A stretch of DNA of 40,645 nt, from positions 1 to 40,645 of the forward strand of contig JBFIML010000041.1 in the NCBI GenBank assembly GCA_041611735.1, written 5' to 3'. A program made the position numbers and the translations under genes. This DNA is from Myxococcota bacterium (lineage in GTDB: Bacteria > Myxococcota_A > UBA9160 > PR03). Below are positions 35,300 through 40,645 of this stretch, one piece after another. Under the pieces are notes generated by a model. That model had not been told where the DNA came from, ran no database searches, and worked only from the letters and a program-made list of their open reading frames with translations. Numbering within the stretch: the stretch's first letter is position 1; every line of letters begins with the position of its first letter.

Positions 35300-36744
35300 G
35301 AACGGTTTGCGAAGTTCCGGGGGTCCGGGCGCCGCGTCGCCCAGGGCCGCGCGCGTTCGAGCTGACCCGCCAGGCGGAAGAGCGTCGCCTCGTCTCCGAA
35401 GCGGGCCGCGAACTGGACGCCGATCGGGAGGCCGGCCTCGTTCCAGTGCAGCGGCACCGACATGGCCGGATTGCCGGCGGCGTTGGCAAGCTGACAGAAG
35501 CCGATGGCCGGCAGCAGATGGGCCAGGTAGTCGTCGAGGTCCGGGTTCGAGAGGGAGAGGCGCCCGAGCTTGGGCGGCGGCAGGGCCAGGGTGGGGGTCA
35601 GCAGCACGTCCTGGGACTCGAAGAAGCGCGCCACCCGGCGTCCGCTGGCGTGGATCACGCGCAGGGCCCGGGCATAGCGGGTGGCGGACGCCCCCTCGGC
35701 GGCCTGGGCGAGGAGCCAGGTGATGGGCTCCACGTCGTCGGGGCCGAAGGCCCGTCCCAGCGCCGCGGCCCGCTCCTCCAGGTTGGCGCGCACGTTCGCC
35801 GCGACGATCACCCGGGCGGCCTCGGAGAGGGCCTCCGCCTCCACGTCGGGCGCCGCCTCGGTCACCTCGTGGCCGAGCTCGGCGCACAGGCGGGCCGCCT
35901 CCTCCGCCGCGCCCACGCAGTCCGGATGGGTGGGCGCGCCGTTGAACGTCCGCGTGGTGAGGGCGATGCGCAGCCGGCCGGGCTCGCTCTCGACCTCCGC
36001 CTGGAAGGACCGCGCCGGGGGCGGTGCCCAGTAGGGGGCGCCGAGATCGGCGCCCTGGGTGGCGTCGAGCAGGGCCGCGCTGTCGCGCACGCTGCGCGTC
36101 ACGGCGTGGCCTACGCTCATGCCGCTCCACCCCTCGCCCACGTCCGGGCCCACGGGGTTGCGCGCGCGCGTGGGCTTCAAGCCGAACAGGCCGCAGCAGG
36201 AGGCCGGGATGCGGATCGAGCCCCCGCCGTCCGTGGCGTGGGCGAGGGGCACGAGGCCCGCCGCCACCGCAGCGGCGCCACCGCCCGACGAGCCTCCCGG
36301 CGTGCGATCCGGGTCCCAAGGGTTGCGGGTCACCCCGTACAGGCGCGATTCGGAGCTCGGCGTCACGCCGAACTCCGGCGAGTGGCTCTTGCCGAGGATC
36401 ACCAGGCCGGCGCGTTCGTGGCGACGCACCAGCTCGCTGCTGCGCGGCGCCACGAGTCCCCGGTACAGAGCGCAGCCGTTCGTGCTGGGGACGCCCTCCA
36501 TCTCGGCGTAGAGATCCTTCTCGAGGAAGGGAGCGCCCCGGAACGGGCCATCGGGCAGGCCCGCGCCCACGGCGGCCTGTGCCCGCCCGGGGGTCTGGAT
36601 CACGATCGCGCCGAGCTTCGGGTTGCGGTCCGCCACCCGTTCGAGTGCGGCCTCCAGTACCTCCTCCGGGGTGACCTCGCCTTGTCGGACCAGCTCGGCG
36701 AGACCCAGACCGTCGTAGCACTCGTACTCCTCGAAGCCGCTCAT
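35296..36744 (-). CDS. Amidase (amidase-signature family)
   Basis: PFLEKDL, RNPWD...PGGSSGG, HATDGGGSIRIPASCCGLFGLKPTR (Lys-cisSer-Ser triad), GLPIGVQ; ATGA-coupled to qor. Confidence 0.93.
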   Translation of the reverse strand: MSGFEEYECYDGLGLAELVRQGEVTPEEVLEAALERVADRNPKLGAIVIQTPGRAQAAVGAGLPDGPFRGAPFLEKDLYAEMEGVPSTNGCALYRGLVAPRSSELVRRHERAGLVILGKSHSPEFGVTPSSESRLYGVTRNPWDPDRTPGGSSGGGAAAVAAGLVPLAHATDGGGSIRIPASCCGLFGLKPTRARNPVGPDVGEGWSGMSVGHAVTRSVRDSAALLDATQGADLGAPYWAPPPARSFQAEVESEPGRLRIALTTRTFNGAPTHPDCVGAAEEAARLCAELGHEVTEAAPDVEAEALSEAARVIVAANVRANLEERAAALGRAFGPDDVEPITWLLAQAAEGASATRYARALRVIHASGRRVARFFESQDVLLTPTLALPPPKLGRLSLSNPDLDDYLAHLLPAIGFCQLANAAGNPAMSVPLHWNEAGLPIGVQFAARFGDEATLFRLAGQLERARPWATRRPDPRNFANRS

Positions 36745-37727
36745 CCGTCCTCCTTCTGCCGCGGGATCAGGACGACCTTCCCGCTGGTCTCGCGCCCCTC
36801 CAGGGCGCGGTGCGCGTCCGCTGCCCGCGCCAGCGGGAAGCGGGCCCCGATGCGCACGTCGAGCTCGCCCCGGGCCAACGCGTCGAGGACGCTCCGAGCG
36901 CGCTCCTCGAGCTCCTCCCGCTGCGCCACGTAGTGGGCCAGGGAGGGACGGGTCACGAACAGGGAGCCCTCGTTCAGCCGCCGCAGGTCGAAGGGCTCGA
37001 CCGTCCCGCTCGACTGACCGAACAGCACCAGGAGCCCGCGCGGGCGCAGGCAGCGCAGGCTCCCCTCGAAGGTCGTGCGCCCCACCGAGTCGTAGACCAC
37101 GTCGACGCCGCGGCCCTGGGTTGCGGCGCGGGTGGCCTCCACGAAGTCCCGGTCCCGATACGGGATCACGGGGTCGGCGCCGGCCGCGCGCGCGAGCGCA
37201 GCCTTCTCCGGCGTGGAGCAGGTGCCGATCACCCGGGCCCCGGCCCGCCGGAGGGTCTGGACCAGGAGCAGGCCGGTCCCGCCCGCCGCGGCGTGCACCA
37301 GCGCCGTGTCGCCGGGACGCGTCGTGCGGACCCCGTTCACCAGGTAGTGGGCGGTCATGCCCTGGAGCATGACGGCGGCGGCCGTCTCGTCGGGCACCGC
37401 ATCGGGCACCCGCACCAGCACCGCGGCCGGCACCAGCAGGGCCTCCGCGTAGGAGCCCGGGGCAGACGCCCACGCCACCCGGTCGCCGGGGGCGAGGCCC
37501 GCCACGCCCTCGCCCAGCGCCTCCACCCGGCCCGCTCCCTCCAGGCCCGCCGCGAACGGCAGCGGCCGGGGGTAGAGGCCGGTGCGGAAGTAGACGTCGA
37601 TGAAGTTCACCCCGGCGGCGGCCACCCGCACCCGCACCTGCCCGGGACCCGGGGCGCCGGGGTCGTGCTCCTGGAGGCGCATCACCTCCGGGCCGCCGGT
37701 CTGGTGGATCCAGATGGCCTGGGGCAT
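36741..37727 (-). CDS. qor: NADPH:quinone oxidoreductase (zeta-crystallin/MDR family)
   Basis: GGPEV, GVNFIDVYFRTGLY, GLEGAG, LQGMTAHYL, HAAAGGTG, VYDSVG, FGQSSG, GSLFVTRPSL. Confidence 0.92.
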   Translation of the reverse strand: MPQAIWIHQTGGPEVMRLQEHDPGAPGPGQVRVRVAAAGVNFIDVYFRTGLYPRPLPFAAGLEGAGRVEALGEGVAGLAPGDRVAWASAPGSYAEALLVPAAVLVRVPDAVPDETAAAVMLQGMTAHYLVNGVRTTRPGDTALVHAAAGGTGLLLVQTLRRAGARVIGTCSTPEKAALARAAGADPVIPYRDRDFVEATRAATQGRGVDVVYDSVGRTTFEGSLRCLRPRGLLVLFGQSSGTVEPFDLRRLNEGSLFVTRPSLAHYVAQREELEERARSVLDALARGELDVRIGARFPLARAADAHRALEGRETSGKVVLIPRQKEDG

Positions 37728-37807
37728 GGCGGCGGAGAATACACGGTCCGCCCGAGGGCAGACCCGGCCCTGGGGCGCCTCGACGGCCACGCATCGGATG
37801 AAAACAT

Positions 37808-37821
37808 ACAGTCTTGACTGT
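37808..37821. promoter_or_regulatory. TetR-type operator overlapping the -35
   Basis: ACAGTC-TT-GACTGT palindrome within AAACATACAGTCTTGACTGTTTCTA, between the divergent qor and tetR genes. Confidence 0.7.
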
Positions 37822-37842
37822 TTCTATCGGTCCCTCTACCCT
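37814..37842 (+). promoter_or_regulatory. Sigma70 promoter giving a probably leaderless tetR mRNA
   Basis: TTGACT - 17 nt - TACCCT - 6 nt - ATG (37849), no SD. Confidence 0.65.
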
Positions 37843-37848
37843 GACCCC

Positions 37849-38487
37849 ATGTCCCAGGCCGCCCTCGCCGCGCGCCCGCGCCGCAGCCAGGAGGAGCGCA
37901 GCGCCGAGACCCGCGCGCGCCTGCTCGATGCGACCATCTCCTGCCTGATCGACGTGGGCTACGCGCGGACCACCACCACGCTGGTGGCCGAGCGGGCGGG
38001 TCTCTCGCGAGGCGCCCAGGTGCACCACTTCCCCAAGAAGGCGGATCTCGTGGTGAGCGCCATGGCCCACCTGGCCACGCGCCAGGCGGAGATCCTGCGG
38101 CGCCGCGCCGAGGCGTTGCCCCGGGACGGCGACCGCGTCGGCCCGCTGCTCGACCTGGTGATGGAGAGCTTTGCGGAGCCGATCTTCCGGGCGGCGCTCG
38201 AGCTCTGGGTGGCGGCGCGGACCGACCGGGAGCTGCACGCGTCGCTCTACGATTTCGAACGCGCCGCGGGCCGCGGCATGCAGGAGCTGTGGGGCGAGGT
38301 GGCCGGGGAGGTGGCGCAAGCGCCCGCCTTCGAGCCGCTCCTCGAGCTCACCCTGCACCTGGCCCGCGGGATGGCGCTCCAGGGCGTTCTACGGCCCGAC
38401 GATCGCGCGCGGCGCCGCGTCTACGGCCTGTGGAAGGAGATGGTGGCGTCGGCGCTCCGGAACGGAGCGTCGAGTCCGAACCCCTGA
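37849..38487 (+). CDS. TetR/AcrR family transcriptional regulator
   Basis: [72 protein letters not shown]. Confidence 0.92.
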   Translation: MSQAALAARPRRSQEERSAETRARLLDATISCLIDVGYARTTTTLVAERAGLSRGAQVHHFPKKADLVVSAMAHLATRQAEILRRRAEALPRDGDRVGPLLDLVMESFAEPIFRAALELWVAARTDRELHASLYDFERAAGRGMQELWGEVAGEVAQAPAFEPLLELTLHLARGMALQGVLRPDDRARRRVYGLWKEMVASALRNGASSPNP

Positions 38488-38509
38488 ACGGAGAAGGAGA
38501 ACCGCAAAC

Positions 38510-39694
38510 ATGGCACGCAAGGTCTACGTGGTCGGAGTGGGCATGACGAAGTTCGAGAAGCCCGGCGCCCGGGAGTGGGACTATCCGGCCATGGCCAAGG
38601 AGGCGGGAACCAAGGCCCTGACCGACGCCGGCATTCCCTACGAAGAGGTCCAGCAGGCCTGCGTCGGCTACTGCTACGGGGAATCCACGGCGGGCCAGCG
38701 CGCCGTGTACGAGATCGGGCTGACGGGCATCCCCATCTACAACGTGAACAACAACTGCTCGACCGGCTCGACGGCTCTGTTTCTGGCCAAGGAGCTGGTG
38801 GAGGGTGGCCTCGCCGACTGCGTCCTCGCCCTGGGCTTCGAGAAGATGGAGAAGGGCTCCCTCGGGGTGAAGTACACCGACCGCACCCTGCCCCTCGACA
38901 AGCACATGAAGGCGATGATCGATCTGCGGGGCTTCGCCAAGGCGCCCGCCGCTCCGCAGCTGTTCGGCAATGCGGGCCGGGAGCACATCGACCGCTACGG
39001 AACCACCCCGGAGCAGTTCGCGAAGATCGGGGTCAAGAACCACCGTCACTCCGTGAACAATCCGTACTCCCAGTTCCGCGACGAGTACAGCCTCGACGAG
39101 GTGCAGAAGGCGCAGATGGTCTACGAGCCCCTGACCAAGCTGCAGTGTTGCCCCACCTCCGACGGGTCGGCCGCGGCCGTGCTGGCCAGCCAGGACTTCG
39201 TGCGCAAGCACGGCCTGGAGAAGCAGGCGGTGGAGATCGCCGGCATGGCCATGACCACCGACTTCCGCAGCACCTTCGACGAGAAGAGCTGCATCAAGCT
39301 GGTCGGAGCGGACATGAGCCGCGAGGCGGCCCGGCGGGCCTACGAGTCGTCGGGCCTAGGGCCCGAGGACGTGCAGGTGATCGAGCTGCACGACTGCTTC
39401 TCCACCAATGAGCTGATCACCTACGAGGCGCTCGGGCTATGCCCCGAGGGCAAGGGCGGGCAGCTGGTGGACGAGGGCGCCACCACCTACGGCGGGCGTT
39501 GGGTGGTGAACCCGTCGGGCGGCCTGATCTCGAAGGGGCACCCGCTCGGGGCCACGGGGCTGGCCCAGTGCGCCGAGCTCAACTGGCAGCTGAGAGGCGA
39601 GGCGGAGGCCCGTCAGGTGGAGGGCGCCCGCGTCGCGCTCCAGCACAACATCGGGCTCGGCGGCGCCGCCATCGTCAGCCTCTACCGAAAGTAG
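38510..39694 (+). CDS. SCP2/SCPx-type thiolase ('lipid-transfer protein')
   Basis: [63 protein letters not shown]. Confidence 0.93.
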   Translation: MARKVYVVGVGMTKFEKPGAREWDYPAMAKEAGTKALTDAGIPYEEVQQACVGYCYGESTAGQRAVYEIGLTGIPIYNVNNNCSTGSTALFLAKELVEGGLADCVLALGFEKMEKGSLGVKYTDRTLPLDKHMKAMIDLRGFAKAPAAPQLFGNAGREHIDRYGTTPEQFAKIGVKNHRHSVNNPYSQFRDEYSLDEVQKAQMVYEPLTKLQCCPTSDGSAAAVLASQDFVRKHGLEKQAVEIAGMAMTTDFRSTFDEKSCIKLVGADMSREAARRAYESSGLGPEDVQVIELHDCFSTNELITYEALGLCPEGKGGQLVDEGATTYGGRWVVNPSGGLISKGHPLGATGLAQCAELNWQLRGEAEARQVEGARVALQHNIGLGGAAIVSLYRK

Positions 39695-39698
39695 GGGA

Positions 39699-39784
39699 GG
39701 GAGAGACGTCGTGGACTGATTGACTCTCTGCGCCGAAGTCCCCGGGGATTGCGAAGGAGTCAATTCGTCCACAACGTCCCTCTC
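39699..39784. repeat. Long imperfect inverted repeat (REP/MITE-like hairpin)
   Basis: GACGT-C-GTGGAC-TG-ATTGACTC ... GAGTCAAT-TC-GTCCAC-A-ACGTC with further outer and inner pairing; fills the thiolase-mutM gap. Confidence 0.65.
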
Positions 39785-40645
39785 ATGCCGGAGCTGCCGG
39801 AGGTCGAGGTGACGCGGCGGCGGATCGCGCCGCTGCTGGTGGGGCGGACCATCGCCCGGGTCGCCACGACGCGTCCGAGCTACCTGTTCCTGACGCCGCC
39901 CGGGCGCCTGCGACGCCGGCTGCCCGGTCGCAGCGCGACGGCCGTGGAGCGCGCCGGCAAGTACCTGGTGGTGCGGCTCGACGACGCGAGCCGCCTGGTG
40001 CTCCATCTGGGCATGACCGGCCAGCTCTTCGCGAGCGGCACCGCGAGCGTGCGGCTGCTGCGCGCGTCGGCCCGGGGCGCGCTCGTCCCCGAGGCCCAGG
40101 GCGCCTTCCGTCCCGACGAGCACACGCACCTGCGCCTCGGCTTCGAGGACGGCGGGCCCGAGGTCTGGCTGCGCGACTCCCGCAAGTTCGGCAAGGTGCT
40201 GTGGCTGCCCCCCGGCCGCCGGAGCCCGCGCCTCGACCGCCTGGGACCCGACGCGCTGACCCTCACCGCGGCGCAGATCTTCGCCGCCACTCGCGGACGC
40301 CGCGTGGCCATCAAGAACCTGCTCCTCGACCAGGCCGTGGTGGCCGGAGTCGGCAACATCTACGCGGACGAGGCCCTCTTCGAGGCCGGGGTGCGGCCCG
40401 CCCGGAGCGCCGGACGGGTCACCCGCAGCGAGTGCCAGCGCCTGGTTGCAGCGCTCGGCCGGGTGATGGGGCGATCGATCGAGACCGGAGGATCGAGCAT
40501 CAGCGACTTCGTGGCTCCGGACGGCCGCGATGGGGCCTACCAGGACGAGCGGCGCGTCTACGCGCGCACGGGCGCGGCGTGTCCGCGCTGCGGGCGGCCG
40601 ATCCGCCGCGTCGTGATCGGGCAGCGCAGCGCCCACTACTGCCCG
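39785..40645 (+). CDS. mutM: Formamidopyrimidine-DNA glycosylase/AP lyase (partial, runs off the right edge)
   Basis: Not in the ORF track; translated by hand: MPELPEVE, RAGKYL, HLGMTG, DSRKFG, LGPDAL, IKNLLLDQAVVAGVGNIYADEALF, GGSSISDF, zinc finger CPRCG...HYCP. Confidence 0.96.
   Translation, partial: MPELPEVEVTRRRIAPLLVGRTIARVATTRPSYLFLTPPGRLRRRLPGRSATAVERAGKYLVVRLDDASRLVLHLGMTGQLFASGTASVRLLRASARGALVPEAQGAFRPDEHTHLRLGFEDGGPEVWLRDSRKFGKVLWLPPGRRSPRLDRLGPDALTLTAAQIFAATRGRRVAIKNLLLDQAVVAGVGNIYADEALFEAGVRPARSAGRVTRSECQRLVAALGRVMGRSIETGGSSISDFVAPDGRDGAYQDERRVYARTGAACPRCGRPIRRVVIGQRSAHYCP

Noticed and set aside
1-40645. CRISPR arrays, tRNA/rRNA genes, integrases, transposases and defence systems
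   Set aside because: No spaced direct repeats, RNA-gene signatures or recombinase motifs were seen, and nearly all of the sequence is accounted for by the CDSs listed.

Overview
High-GC (roughly 70%+) bacterial chromosomal segment, densely coding. I found no rRNA, tRNA, CRISPR array or transposase. Left to right: a partial PLP aminotransferase, a TauE/SafE transporter and a fused trehalose-6-P synthase/phosphatase (all minus strand); a TetR regulator with operator, an RND efflux pair and a CPA1 cation/H+ antiporter (+); a pqqB-pqqCD(fused)-pqqE operon with no local pqqA (-); a divergent ~15 kb MSHA-type type IV pilus operon (mshI-J-K-L-M-N-E-G, an F-position pilin, a single A/B pilin, C-D-O-P-Q) behind a sigma28-like promoter (+); type-2 ileS translationally coupled to an acyl-CoA dehydrogenase (-); ltaE (+); qor-amidase (-) divergent from TetR-SCP2 thiolase (+); an ~86 nt REP/MITE-like hairpin; and mutM running off the right edge. 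The most notable items are the MSHA locus (possibly in an atypical host, with a Lys-substituted MshEN c-di-GMP motif, a single pilin and an unrecognised MshQ tip domain), the pqqA-less PQQ operon sharing a structured 290 bp control region with it, a probable CTG-initiated trehalose synthase, and several apparently leaderless genes. Host taxonomy cannot be established from this window; Myxococcota/delta-like is only an inference.
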